From: an uncultured Candidatus Saccharibacteria bacterium
GTDB lineage: Bacteria > Patescibacteriota > Minisyncoccia > Phycocordibacterales > UBA9988
Direction: 5' to 3'
NCBI GenBank assembly: GCA_964401135.1
Contig: CAYNXC010000003.1
Span: 8,848 to 72,847, forward strand
DNA: 64,000 nt
The notes under the pieces were generated by a model, which was given only the letters and a program-made list of their open reading frames with translations, searched no databases and was not told the origin of the DNA. Below are positions 1 to 9,258 of the stretch, one piece after another; position 1 is the stretch's first letter; every line of letters starts with the position of its first letter. The position numbers were made by a program, and so were the translations under genes.

Positions 1-1
1 T

Positions 2-427
2 GCCCGGCGCATTACCGAGGCGGAGGCCTATGATGGCCCATTAGATAAAGCTTCACACGCCTCGCGTGGTAGGACTCCTCGCACTGAAATCATGTTCCAC
101 CACGGAGGTTGTTGGTATGTCTACTTCGTCTATGGGATGCACCACCTACTCAATGTGGTTACAGGTCCAGAAGCTTACCCTGCTGCTGTACTCATCCGCT
201 CTGTAGAGGGGACAGAAGGCCCTGGGAGGGTGGGTGCACTCTTTGGAATAGGTAAGGAGCTCTATGGCAAAAAAGCCTCAAAAAAGAGTGGTTTATGGAT
301 TGAGGATAGAGGGGACAGTGTACCGCATAGTGCTATTAAAAAACTTCCTCGCATCGGCGTCTCGTATGCCGGCGATTGGGCAGAAAGACCATATCGTTTT
401 TTCGTAGACCCTTCACTGTTCGTGTGA
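2..427 (+). CDS. DNA-3-methyladenine (alkyladenine) glycosylase, MPG/AAG family; 5' end lies outside the window
   Basis: The reading frame is open from position 2 with no stop. The translated ORF 92..427 carries an MPG-family-like conserved block (YVYFVYGMHHLLNVVTG ... AVLIRSVEG ... GPGRV). Confidence 0.7.
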   Translation, partial: ARRITEAEAYDGPLDKASHASRGRTPRTEIMFHHGGCWYVYFVYGMHHLLNVVTGPEAYPAAVLIRSVEGTEGPGRVGALFGIGKELYGKKASKKSGLWIEDRGDSVPHSAIKKLPRIGVSYAGDWAERPYRFFVDPSLFV

Positions 428-439
428 TATGCTCTTTTT

Positions 440-1525
440 GTGTTCTACCACTCTATACTTAGACCCATACTCTTTTCCCTTCCTCCCGACCCTATTCACT
501 CGCTCATCCTTTCTCTTGGAGCACTACTTGGAAGGACGGCTCTTGGGCGTAGCGCGACTGCTTTTGTGTATGGCTATCCGCACTCTGATGCATCAGTAAC
601 AGTAGATGGCCTACACTTCCGTACTCCAATTATGCTTGCTGCGGGTTTTGACTATAACGCGCGTATTATCTCTATACTCCCTTCAGTTGGGTTTGGCGGA
701 GTGGAGGTTGGATCTATCACCGCCCGTGCGAGTGCGGGGAACAACCCTCCACAATTGATGCGACTCCCGCGTTCTAAGAGTATCTTGGTAAATAAGGGAC
801 TTAAGAACGACGGAGTGGATATAATCATCTCACGTATATGTGCCGCAAAAGTACCAGATGATTTTGTTATTGGTGTGAGTGTTGCGCGCACAAACGATAG
901 AGGATCAGCAGGGGAAGTTGAAGGAATAGCTGACTATTGTTACTCATTACGGCGTCTTAAAGAAAGTGGCACAGGTCACTACTATACCTTGAATATCTCG
1001 TGCCCCAACTCTTTCACAGGGGAGCTCTTCACCTCTCCCCCCGCGCTCGGGCGGCTTCTCACTGCGGTGGATGCACTGGCCATAGATAAGCCACTCTACA
1101 TCAAACTCCCAATCTCTTTTTCCTGGGAAGAACTGCGTGTACTCATTGATGTTGCGCGCGCTCATCGTATACAGGGTTTTGTAATTGGGAATCTACATAA
1201 AGATTACTCGTTACTCAAGGTAGAAGAGAGAGAGCATTATGGTCGTCAGGGTGGTCTCTCTGGCATTCCATGCCGTGCTAACTCCACAGAACTCATCCGC
1301 AAGACGAGAGCATATATTGGGCCAGGTATGACGATTATCGGATGCGGTGGAATTTTCTCTCCGGAGGATGCTGAAGAAAAACTACATGCGGGCGCAGATA
1401 TTAATCAACTGATTACCGGTATGATCTATGAAGGGCCAGGGCTTATGTCCGCTATTGCACGCAGATACGCAGCAAATCTTTCGACAAGTCCAAGATATAA
1501 AAGCCCTATCCGCCGCAGCGAATAG
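440..1525 (+). CDS. pyrD: dihydroorotate dehydrogenase (quinone), class 2
   Basis: 361 aa with motif blocks typical of class 2 DHODH: AAGFDYN, GFGGVEVGSIT, NISCPN, and a GGLSG ... IIGCGGIFS FMN-binding C-terminus. Confidence 0.9.
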   Translation: MFYHSILRPILFSLPPDPIHSLILSLGALLGRTALGRSATAFVYGYPHSDASVTVDGLHFRTPIMLAAGFDYNARIISILPSVGFGGVEVGSITARASAGNNPPQLMRLPRSKSILVNKGLKNDGVDIIISRICAAKVPDDFVIGVSVARTNDRGSAGEVEGIADYCYSLRRLKESGTGHYYTLNISCPNSFTGELFTSPPALGRLLTAVDALAIDKPLYIKLPISFSWEELRVLIDVARAHRIQGFVIGNLHKDYSLLKVEEREHYGRQGGLSGIPCRANSTELIRKTRAYIGPGMTIIGCGGIFSPEDAEEKLHAGADINQLITGMIYEGPGLMSAIARRYAANLSTSPRYKSPIRRSE

Positions 1526-1539
1526 GGCTTGAATGTATA

Positions 1540-2982
1540 TTACATTCCCAGCAAAGCTACTAATTGGGAGAGTCGTGAACGGACCGACTCAGTGAGGATG
1601 CTAACCCCTACATATCCGGAGGGGAGTAATTTTTGACACCAGTAATTCATACCAGAGGTACGAGGATCAAGGTAGGGGGTGTAGATTTGATTGAGATCCC
1701 CAACCACAAAGGCTCGTGTACCTTCCCCTGAGCGTGATAAGCAGAGTGCCGTCTGTCGGCGGGTAAAGTTCTGTGCTTCGTCGTAGAGCGCGATGATATT
1801 GGTATGAGTCTGTCCGAGCAAGAAGTTGATACATTCTACTGTAATAATATCTTGCTCAAAGAATTCATTTGTCTTGTTTTTGGACTTTTGATGTGCAAAA
1901 TTTTTTTCTTCATGCCCTGGATTGATTTGGTCATCGTGCGTGATCTGGCAGACGAGCTCATTGATTGCTTTCTTCCAAGGCTCCATTTTTTCATCCAAAT
2001 CACCAGGAAGGAATCCGAGTGTATCAGAAGACTCTTGGGTGGAACGGAATATACGCAGGGCATCCGACTTCTTCTTATCAAGCAACTCTATCCCCGCATC
2101 TAGTGCCAATAAGGTCTTCCCCGAACCAGGAGGACCGAGGAGAAAGACTACATCAAGAGATGGATCTCGCAAGAGATGATAGGCGATAGCCTGTTCATTG
2201 TTGCGCGGAGTAATGGTTGCCGTACGCTGAGCCGATGCTTGCGGTTTCTTGACATACACAAGGCGGGGGTCATCGGACTTGTATAAAGCAAGGGCCGTTT
2301 TCATCTCTCCTCGGTTATTCTCTGCGGTGAGAATGCATCCTTGATTGGGATGTAAGCGCACTCCATCAGGGACAAGGATACCGTCGTGATTGTTGTGTAG
2401 CTCTGTGATTGTCTCTAATGGTACAGAGACTACTTGTAACGCAAGCCTCTCTTGAAGTTCTGGGAAATCAAGCATCTGCGCTTCTTCCCCATAGTCCTCA
2501 CACTGTACTCCTAAGGCGCAGGCTTTGACACGAGCGATGGCTTCTTTCGTGATGAAGATAACCTTCGTCCGTCTCCCTCTCTTCCGCTCTTGCTCGGTAA
2601 GATATTTCGCGTGAGCGAGGATCGCGTTACTCTCATCTCGCTTAAATCCATTGGGCAGTGTTTTTGTATGCCCATCTTGGGCAATTTTTACTACACCACC
2701 TCGGTCAGTCTTGACTCCTTCCTTGATATTTCCGCGATCACTAAGAGTACTAAGGATGCGAGCTGCCTGTTGTGCGTTATAACCGACAAGTCCATCTTGT
2801 TTACTCGCTTTATCCAACTGCTCTAGTACATGGATAAGGATGTGTACTTCAGTTCCATGCCTATACTGAAGCGGAGCTTCAGGATCATGAATCAGTACAT
2901 TGGTATCAAGAACAACAATTGTCTGAGGTGCTGCTTGCGACGGAGAAGTTTGTCGCGCGACCATACAATGTCCTCCCTTCAT
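1540..2982 (-). CDS. PhoH2-type protein: N-terminal PIN nuclease domain fused to a PhoH-like P-loop ATPase (YlaK family)
   Basis: The N-terminus (VLDTNVLIHDP) is a PIN-domain signature. The C-terminal half has Walker A LGPPGSGKT and PhoH-like blocks. An alternative start at M7 (MVARQ) is possible. Confidence 0.85.
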   Translation of the reverse strand: MKGGHCMVARQTSPSQAAPQTIVVLDTNVLIHDPEAPLQYRHGTEVHILIHVLEQLDKASKQDGLVGYNAQQAARILSTLSDRGNIKEGVKTDRGGVVKIAQDGHTKTLPNGFKRDESNAILAHAKYLTEQERKRGRRTKVIFITKEAIARVKACALGVQCEDYGEEAQMLDFPELQERLALQVVSVPLETITELHNNHDGILVPDGVRLHPNQGCILTAENNRGEMKTALALYKSDDPRLVYVKKPQASAQRTATITPRNNEQAIAYHLLRDPSLDVVFLLGPPGSGKTLLALDAGIELLDKKKSDALRIFRSTQESSDTLGFLPGDLDEKMEPWKKAINELVCQITHDDQINPGHEEKNFAHQKSKNKTNEFFEQDIITVECINFLLGQTHTNIIALYDEAQNFTRRQTALCLSRSGEGTRAFVVGDLNQIYTPYLDPRTSGMNYWCQKLLPSGYVGVSILTESVRSRLSQLVALLGM

Positions 2983-2997
2983 TCAGTAGCTCTGTCG

Positions 2998-3855
2998 ATG
3001 AGCGTCTATGCATATTGTAGTGAAGAAGAGGCTAATGTCAACCAGCTCTTCTTATGCTATCTTTACGGAATGGATAAGACTACACGCGAAGAAGAACAAG
3101 CTCTTGCTTGGATAGTGCGTGACAAGTACTCAGGCGATGTAAAGATAGGAGATCTGGAAGAAGATCGCGCGCGCTTCTTACAAGGAGAACCGCTTGATTA
3201 CATCATTGGATGGAAACCTTTTTGTGGTATTGAAGTAGACCTCTCCCTTCGGCCGCTTATTCCACGAGAAGAGACGGAGTACTGGGTAACGCAATGCATT
3301 GCCAAGCTCAAAGATGACCTTGCAGTAAAAAAACCATATTTCCACTTTTTAGACCTGTGTTCCGGATCAGGATGTATTGCTACAGCACTTCTCGCAGCGT
3401 TTCCACAGGCGAATGGGGTCTGTGCTGATATCGATCAGAGGATGCTTAGACAGGCACGCATTACGATGGAGAGAAATCATATACAAGAAGATCGTTATAT
3501 TCTCATTGAGAGTGATATGTGGAGTGACATTACCAGTCGCTACGATCTTATCTGTGCTAATCCTCCTTATGTAGGGAGAGGAGAGGAGGTGGAGAAGAGT
3601 GTGAGAGAGTATGAGCCACCGAATGCTGTTTTTGCGGGCGACTCCGGATCTGCAGAACTTGTAAAATTCTTTGGAGGACTTACGGAACATCTGTCAGAAG
3701 ATGGGAGTGCTTATTGCGAAATAGGCTCTGGCCAAGGCGCTCTTGCTCGCTCACTTCTCGCCAAATATGCACTCCCGGGAGAGATATGTGTAGATCAGTT
3801 TGGACAAGAGCGCTATACACACATTGACGCAACTATGCTTCAAAAGGTACTCTAG
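2998..3855 (+). CDS. prmC: release factor glutamine-N5 methyltransferase PrmC/HemK
   Basis: Class I SAM-binding motif LDLCSGSGCIA and the catalytic NPPY motif (ICANPPYV). The track ORF starts at 2830, but that start would overlap the divergent PhoH2 gene, so I use the in-frame ATG at 2998. Confidence 0.82.
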   Translation: MSVYAYCSEEEANVNQLFLCYLYGMDKTTREEEQALAWIVRDKYSGDVKIGDLEEDRARFLQGEPLDYIIGWKPFCGIEVDLSLRPLIPREETEYWVTQCIAKLKDDLAVKKPYFHFLDLCSGSGCIATALLAAFPQANGVCADIDQRMLRQARITMERNHIQEDRYILIESDMWSDITSRYDLICANPPYVGRGEEVEKSVREYEPPNAVFAGDSGSAELVKFFGGLTEHLSEDGSAYCEIGSGQGALARSLLAKYALPGEICVDQFGQERYTHIDATMLQKVL

Positions 3856-3902
3856 TAGTAGAGGTTGTTCTTTAGGAGGAAAGAAAAAGGAGGGAATCTA
3901 GT

Positions 3903-4127
3903 ATGCCGTGTGTAGTCCCGAATCACTTTTTCGGCACCTGTTTTCACCATTGTGGCAGGATGTTGCTTGTCCTGCGCGATGATTCCAACTGCAAGTTCTA
4001 CCCCGTCATTGTTGAAGGTCATGAAGAGCTTCAAGGAGATCCGCTTTCTAAGTGCCCGCACTGTGGAGAAGTGCTCTGCTTTGGAAATCATAGATTTTGC
4101 AAAGTCTGCGAAGCCCATCCGTACTAA
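3903..4127 (+). CDS. hypothetical small Cys-rich (zinc-ribbon-like) protein
   Basis: 74 aa with two C-x2-C pairs (CPHCGEV and CKVCEAH) and an AGGAGG-like RBS 9 nt upstream of the ATG. A competing 88-aa antisense ORF (3852..4118) exists, so the strand call is uncertain. Confidence 0.35.
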   Translation: MPCVVPNHFFGTCFHHCGRMLLVLRDDSNCKFYPVIVEGHEELQGDPLSKCPHCGEVLCFGNHRFCKVCEAHPY

Positions 4128-4200
4128 CTTTTCACCCCGTTGTATTGTGTATAGCGGGGTTTCTCTTTCTGTGTTATGTGTAGCGTGCTACACTTGAAAA

Positions 4201-4521
4201 ATGGATTTCTCTTCTCTTGAGCCACCTCTCCTTATTGCCGGACTCTCCGGTGGGATGCTCCGTGCAGTAGTGGGGTACATCAAGGCGAGGAGCGCTGCAA
4301 AAAAGAAACAAGCATTTTCTCCTGTATACTTTCTCGCAACCGTCCTCGCTACCGGCGCCATTGGCTATCTTACCGTCTGGGTGTTTTACGATTTGCGCGA
4401 GTTTATTCTCGGATCCCTGCCCTTCACCCCCGCCATTGCCGCAGTCTTGGGCTATGCTGGAGGCGATATTATGGAGAATATCTATAAGATTTTTACTAAA
4501 CGCTTGACTTTGTTTGAGTAA
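4201..4521 (+). CDS. hypothetical small membrane protein (about 3 predicted TM helices)
   Basis: 106 aa with three hydrophobic stretches rich in Gly/Ala. No recognisable family. Confidence 0.45.
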   Translation: MDFSSLEPPLLIAGLSGGMLRAVVGYIKARSAAKKKQAFSPVYFLATVLATGAIGYLTVWVFYDLREFILGSLPFTPAIAAVLGYAGGDIMENIYKIFTKRLTLFE

Positions 4522-4532
4522 AGTGTTACAAT
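4504..4532 (+). promoter_or_regulatory. sigma70-like promoter: TTGACT, 17 nt spacer, TACAAT with an extended -10 TG
   Basis: TTGACT at 4504-4509, a 17-nt spacer and TGTTACAAT at 4524-4532. It lies about 50 nt upstream of the 4580 CDS, which has an AAGGAG RBS. Confidence 0.5.
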
Positions 4533-4579
4533 AGATAAAATGCTCTTTACATAGCTCTCTAGCTCACAAAAGGAGAATC

Positions 4580-4993
4580 TTGATGATTATTGCATTGTTG
4601 CAAAAAGATCAGACATATCTAGATGCCTTACTCAAAAACCTTCCTGACTCCATTACTTCTCTCATCGCCGAGACAACCGATCCTGCACAGCTTCTCTCAA
4701 CCGTTGCTCTATGGAGAGAAGACTGCGTGGTCATCAGTTGCCATTTTGAGGGGACTTACTTTGATGCTCAAGAGATCGCCACACGCGTGAGGATGATTAC
4801 TCCTCACTGTAAGGTGTATGCCTATACCGTGACTGACCCCGGATCAAGAGCTGACTTAGACGGAGTGATTCATAAACCTTGTGGCGGAGATGCCTTGCGC
4901 CACCCATTTGATGGATTACTCAAGGTATTGGAGGCACTTCTAGAAGGCTCGACCCCTGAGGAACTCAAACGCACATTCCCTTTTGTCACCTAA
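4580..4993 (+). CDS. stand-alone receiver-like (CheY-fold, apparently pseudo-receiver) protein
   Basis: 137 aa. By eye the pattern matches the REC fold: beta1 MMIIALLQKD, beta3-like VVISCHFEG, KVYAYT, and DGVIHKP resembling the conserved (GA)xDYLxKP C-terminal motif. The phospho-acceptor Asp position appears substituted. There is an AAGGAG RBS 7 nt upstream. Confidence 0.55.
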   Translation: MMIIALLQKDQTYLDALLKNLPDSITSLIAETTDPAQLLSTVALWREDCVVISCHFEGTYFDAQEIATRVRMITPHCKVYAYTVTDPGSRADLDGVIHKPCGGDALRHPFDGLLKVLEALLEGSTPEELKRTFPFVT

Positions 4994-5055
4994 TGACTAA
5001 AGAGACGCTTACCGCGTCTCTTTTTCTTTTTCTCTATTCGTGGTACTATGCCAAC

Positions 5056-5820
5056 ATGGATACGAAACATAGCCCACTCGTCGCCGCCTCTGCAGTCCTC
5101 AGTGTTGCACTCATACTCGGCGTCATTGTTGTATCGCAAACCATCTACAAAGTCCGCGCACTCTCCAATGTCATCACGGTCACCGGCTCTGCAGAACGCG
5201 TCGTTACTTCAGATACTGTCAAATGGACGAGCACTATTAGCCGTAATGCTGGCACCGGCGATCTAAAAGTTGCGAGTGCAAAATTGAGCACTGATCTTGC
5301 TACAGTTAAGAAGGCACTCTCTGACGCGGGTGTACAAGAGAGCGAACTACGGATAGACGCAGTGGTAGTGACTCCTCTCTGCGCAAGTCAAAACAATGTG
5401 ACCTATGATCGCCATGGTAACCAGTCTTGCGGATCTATTACCGGTTATGGTCTCTCACAAAAAATTATTGTTGAATCAGGTGATGTAACTACTATACAGA
5501 CGCTGGCTCAGGAGCTCCATGATCGCTTTATTGCGGGAGGACTCATCTTCTCGAGTCAGAGCTTGGAGTACTACTACAACAAACTTGCTGATCTCCGCGT
5601 AGAGCTTCTCTCAGAAGCAACCAATGATGCACAGAAGCGTGCCGCCGAGATTGCTAAGTCTACTGGTGCCTCCTTGGGTAAGCTCCAAAATGCATCCATG
5701 GGCGTCTTCCAAGTTGCGGCAAAGAATTCTACAGAAATTTCTGACTACGGAGTCTATGACACATCGTCACTTGAGAAAAAAGTAACTGCAGTCGTGCGGG
5801 GCTCTTTTTCTCTCCTCTAG
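5056..5820 (+). CDS. SIMPL-domain (DUF541, YggE-like) periplasmic/membrane-anchored protein
   Basis: An N-terminal TM helix followed by blocks conserved in the SIMPL/YggE family (ITVTGSAE ... V, a QKRAAEIAKSTGASLGKL block, GVFQV). The track ORF starts at 4993; I use the internal ATG at 5056 (MDTKHSPL). Confidence 0.72.
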   Translation: MDTKHSPLVAASAVLSVALILGVIVVSQTIYKVRALSNVITVTGSAERVVTSDTVKWTSTISRNAGTGDLKVASAKLSTDLATVKKALSDAGVQESELRIDAVVVTPLCASQNNVTYDRHGNQSCGSITGYGLSQKIIVESGDVTTIQTLAQELHDRFIAGGLIFSSQSLEYYYNKLADLRVELLSEATNDAQKRAAEIAKSTGASLGKLQNASMGVFQVAAKNSTEISDYGVYDTSSLEKKVTAVVRGSFSLL

Positions 5821-5858
5821 ATAGTGAGCAATACCATCCATTTTCATAAGGAGCTATT

Positions 5859-7274
5859 ATGTTGCGCAAAAAAACAAAGATAGTAGCGACGATCGGTCCA
5901 GTATCTGAGTCTCTCCCCATGATGACAGCCTTGGCAAAGGAGGGGATGAATGTGATCCGCCTTAACCTCTCACACGGCTCCTATGATGAGCACCGCCAGC
6001 GCATCAAGAACGCACGCTCCGTCTCTCGTGCTCTACGCACCCCACTTGCGACGCTTATCGATCTCCCTGGACCAAAAATAAGGATCGGCGATTTTTGTGA
6101 TGGGGAGGTGATATTGAAAGAGGGTGCCTCAATTGTTTTAACCACGTCTCCTTGTGAGGGGACTGCCTCTCGTGTACATATTAATTATAAAAAATTACCA
6201 AGAGAGATTAAGGTAGGGGCTACTATCTTTTTAGATGATGGGAAGAAAAAGCTAAGAGTAACACATATTGAGGGCTCTGAAATTTTCTGCAAGGTGCTTG
6301 TTGGCGGCGAGACCAAAGGGCGTCGCGGGGTGAATATTCCTGGAGCCTACCTCTCACTCTCCTCTCTTACAGAGACAGATTGGGAATATGTTGGCTTTGG
6401 TATTACCGAGCAGATTGACTTCTTTGCCATTTCTTTTGTGCGTACAGAGAAAGATGTGCTGGAATTAAAGGCATATCTAAAAAAGAAGCGCGCAGATGTC
6501 CAGATTATCGCGAAGATAGAGACAGCGGAAGCCGTAGAACATCTGGAAGCTATTATGCGTGCGGCAGATGGTGCTATGGTTGCCCGTGGCGACCTTGCCA
6601 TAGAGATACCGCGTGAAGAGGTCCCGGTGATACAGAAACGCATCATTACACTCGGAAATAAACTAGGTAAACCAGTGATAACAGCAACGCAGATGCTGGA
6701 GTCAATGATTGTAAACCCTGTCCCTACTCGTGCAGAAGTTAACGATGTAGCTAACGCTATCTTTGACGGGACCGATGCGGTAATGCTCTCTGAAGAGACG
6801 ACACTCGGTGCTCATCCCGTCAAAGCGGTGGAGTTAATGCGCCAGATTGCTATCCATACCGAGCGTCATCTCAACTATGAGAGTCTACTTAAGTTGGAGC
6901 ACCTCTCCTCTAAAGATGTGACGGACTCAGTCAGCTATGCGGCACTCAACTGTGCACACGAAGTTGGCGCAAAAGCAATCGTGGCGCTCTCACAGTCTGG
7001 ATTTACTGCTCGCATGATTGCGCGCTACCAACCGGCGCTGACAGTGGTAGTACTCACGCCAAATGAGAGAACCTATAATCGTCTTGCTCTCTCCTTTGGC
7101 TGTATTCCCATCATCGCACAAGAGTTTGCATCTCTTATGAATGCAATAGAAGAATCACGACGGCTCTTGAAGGAACAAAAAATTTTACAGAAAGGAGACC
7201 GCTTTCTTGTGATCGCAGGCGTACCCTTCGGTAAGGCGGGTTCCAGTAATACTCTCTCGGTACAGAAGATGTAA
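5859..7274 (+). CDS. pyk: pyruvate kinase
   Basis: 471 aa. The N-terminus KTKIVATIGP and the blocks NVIRLNLSHG and MVARGDLAIE are classic pyruvate kinase signatures. Confidence 0.93.
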   Translation: MLRKKTKIVATIGPVSESLPMMTALAKEGMNVIRLNLSHGSYDEHRQRIKNARSVSRALRTPLATLIDLPGPKIRIGDFCDGEVILKEGASIVLTTSPCEGTASRVHINYKKLPREIKVGATIFLDDGKKKLRVTHIEGSEIFCKVLVGGETKGRRGVNIPGAYLSLSSLTETDWEYVGFGITEQIDFFAISFVRTEKDVLELKAYLKKKRADVQIIAKIETAEAVEHLEAIMRAADGAMVARGDLAIEIPREEVPVIQKRIITLGNKLGKPVITATQMLESMIVNPVPTRAEVNDVANAIFDGTDAVMLSEETTLGAHPVKAVELMRQIAIHTERHLNYESLLKLEHLSSKDVTDSVSYAALNCAHEVGAKAIVALSQSGFTARMIARYQPALTVVVLTPNERTYNRLALSFGCIPIIAQEFASLMNAIEESRRLLKEQKILQKGDRFLVIAGVPFGKAGSSNTLSVQKM

Positions 7275-7286
7275 TAGTTTGCGGCG

Positions 7287-7532
7287 TTGTATACACATGT
7301 AGCCATGTACCTTAGAGTCTTTGTCACCCCGGGGGCTAAGCGAGACGTTATCACACAAGAGGGGCCTGATAGATTTGCGGTGTCAGTGCGAGTCCCAGCA
7401 GAGCGGAACCTTGCCAATGAACGAGTGCGAGAACTTGTTGCGGAACAGTTCAAGGTCATGAAGGGGAAGGTGCGCATTGTGAATGGGCACCATAGACCGG
7501 GAAAGATTATTTCGGTAGAATTAGATTATTAG
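7287..7532 (+). CDS. DUF167 (YggU-like, UPF0235) protein
   Basis: 81 aa with the YggU pattern L.V.V.PGAKR ... RV.A.P..G.AN..V at its characteristic size. Confidence 0.65.
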   Translation: MYTHVAMYLRVFVTPGAKRDVITQEGPDRFAVSVRVPAERNLANERVRELVAEQFKVMKGKVRIVNGHHRPGKIISVELDY

Positions 7533-7547
7533 TGTATCTAATTTTTT

Positions 7548-7913
7548 ATGCATATTAATATCTCTACTCGGGGGATGGAGATTACAGAAGCAATACGCGA
7601 CTATTCCGAGAAGAAACTCTCAGCTCTTTCACGGTTTCTGCGTGGAGTAGACGACCTACGCGCATCGGTTGTGCTTGGTAAGGAGACCGCGCACCATCGA
7701 GAAGGTGAAGTCTTTACCGTAGAGGTAGAGTTATTTGCTAATGGGAAAAGTTTCTATAGTGACGAGACGGGTGAAGATCTTTATGCTGCAATTGATACAG
7801 TACGAGCAGAACTAGAACGGATGATTACCACAGAAAAAGAAAGACGGGGGAACTTAGTCCGCCGCGGCGGAAGAAAGGCGAAGGCGTTGTACCAGCGGCT
7901 CTACCGCGCGTAG
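7548..7913 (+). CDS. hpf: ribosome hibernation promoting factor / RaiA family
   Basis: 121 aa matching the short HPF/YfiA family: MHINISTRGMEITEAIRDY ... LYAAIDTVRAELERMI. Confidence 0.85.
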   Translation: MHINISTRGMEITEAIRDYSEKKLSALSRFLRGVDDLRASVVLGKETAHHREGEVFTVEVELFANGKSFYSDETGEDLYAAIDTVRAELERMITTEKERRGNLVRRGGRKAKALYQRLYRA

Positions 7914-8746
7914 CCTCGTAGGAAATCTTGATATGACATCTCATGTCCTCCTTCTGGTATTACACGGAGAATCTTGAGTGCCCCGTTCTCTAATGTTGCT
8001 TGAGTGATAACTACTCGTATTTCTTTTCCCTTGTGTGTTACCTTAAAAAATGTTCGGGGCCATGGTTCGTAGGCGCGTATTTTACGGAAGTTTAATCCCG
8101 GATCTGCATCCAGATCAAGCAATCCATCTTCTTTCTTAATAAGAGAAGCATATGTGGCTCGTGTGTGATCTTGTGCCTGTGCTTTGAGTGATCCATCTAT
8201 AAGCGAAGGAAGAATCTGTGCGAGGAGCTCTCCTCCCTCTCTTGCAAGGAGCTCCGCAATCTCGGGGTACCATTCGTCTCCACGAAGTGGTATTTCTTTC
8301 TGTGCAAGGAGAGGGCCGTGATCCATTTCTCTATCAATAAGCATAATAGAGACACCTCCAATAGTGTCTCCGTTTAGGATCGTTGCTTCGAGAGGTGAGG
8401 CTCCGCGGTAATGGGGGAGAAGTGACGGGTGTATATTGACTGTTCCGTAACGGGGGAGAGAGGAGATTACTTCTGGGATCATCTTTCCATACGAGGCGAC
8501 GATAAAAACATCCCAGGCATTCTTGAGCAGTTCTCTTGGGATTACGGTTAGCTTCTCTGGCTGTAGCACTTGTACTGCATGAGCTACCCCCCATGTCTTT
8601 ATTGATGGTGGCTGAAGATCATGTCTCCTCCCTACACGAGAGTCAGGCATCGTTACAATGAGCGAAGGTGGGTAGCCTGCATAGACCAACTCCTCAAGCA
8701 CGAGCTCAGAAAAATTGTCTGTCCCGAAGAAGGCGTATTTAATCAT
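7901..8746 (-). CDS. fmt: methionyl-tRNA formyltransferase
   Basis: 281 aa with FFGT N-terminus, the IASYGKMIP ... VNIHPSLLPHYRGASP formyltransferase core, and the C-terminal Fmt domain. It overlaps def by 8 nt, as is typical for the def-fmt operon. Confidence 0.92.
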   Translation of the reverse strand: MIKYAFFGTDNFSELVLEELVYAGYPPSLIVTMPDSRVGRRHDLQPPSIKTWGVAHAVQVLQPEKLTVIPRELLKNAWDVFIVASYGKMIPEVISSLPRYGTVNIHPSLLPHYRGASPLEATILNGDTIGGVSIMLIDREMDHGPLLAQKEIPLRGDEWYPEIAELLAREGGELLAQILPSLIDGSLKAQAQDHTRATYASLIKKEDGLLDLDADPGLNFRKIRAYEPWPRTFFKVTHKGKEIRVVITQATLENGALKILRVIPEGGHEMSYQDFLRGYAR

Positions 8747-9251
8747 CGTCTGTGAGCATTCCAGGGGGGATCTCTCGGAGGTTTTTTGCAGTGTCAGTAA
8801 AGAGTTTTCCCTTTAAATGATCTATCTCATGTTGAAAAATTTGTGCAAGCAGGCCCCCTGCCCCACGGGTGAATTGCTGCCCCTTCTCATCAAACGCTTT
8901 TATGGTGGCGTTTGTGCTCCGACTTACTTCCCCATAGAGCCAACGGACAGAGAGGCATCCTTCCTCCATACTATGTGTTCGTCTTGAAAGGCGAGTAAAT
9001 GTTGGGTTAATGTACACTAGTCTAACTTCCTTACTTCTTTCGCCTTCAAACACACTCGGGGCCACTACAAAAATTTGTAAGGGGAGTCCAATTTGTGGGG
9101 CGGCTAAAGCAACGCCATCTTCTTGTGAGGCGAGCGCCTCCTGCATATTTTTTATAATGGCATGGAGCTTTTTTGTTCCAAAAAGCTCCGATGGTACCGG
9201 CTGTGCCACTGCTCGGAGCGCTGGGTGCTCCCTATCAACAATCGCAATCAT
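8739..9251 (-). CDS. def: peptide deformylase
   Basis: 170 aa carrying the three PDF motifs: G.GLAAPQIG, EGCLS and QHEIDHL. Confidence 0.92.
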   Translation of the reverse strand: MIAIVDREHPALRAVAQPVPSELFGTKKLHAIIKNMQEALASQEDGVALAAPQIGLPLQIFVVAPSVFEGERSKEVRLVYINPTFTRLSRRTHSMEEGCLSVRWLYGEVSRSTNATIKAFDEKGQQFTRGAGGLLAQIFQHEIDHLKGKLFTDTAKNLREIPPGMLTDDD

Positions 9252-9258
9252 TATTAGA

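Noticed and set aside
2830-2997. Upstream extension of prmC (track start at 2830), plus extensions of rsmH (25151), mrdA (20658), murF (28091), mreB-1 (14085), rpmA (42054), gltX (46705), the M23 peptidase (45480) and the nucleotidyltransferase (53019)
   Set aside because: In every case the long ORF overlaps the neighbouring gene substantially. An internal ATG coincides with the conserved family N-terminus and gives standard short overlaps or gaps.
3852-4118. 88-aa minus-strand ORF overlapping the 3903-4127 Zn-ribbon ORF
   Set aside because: It has a weaker RBS and would converge into the prmC stop. The plus-strand Cys-rich ORF has an AGGAGG RBS. Neither call is strong, and I list only the plus-strand one at low confidence.
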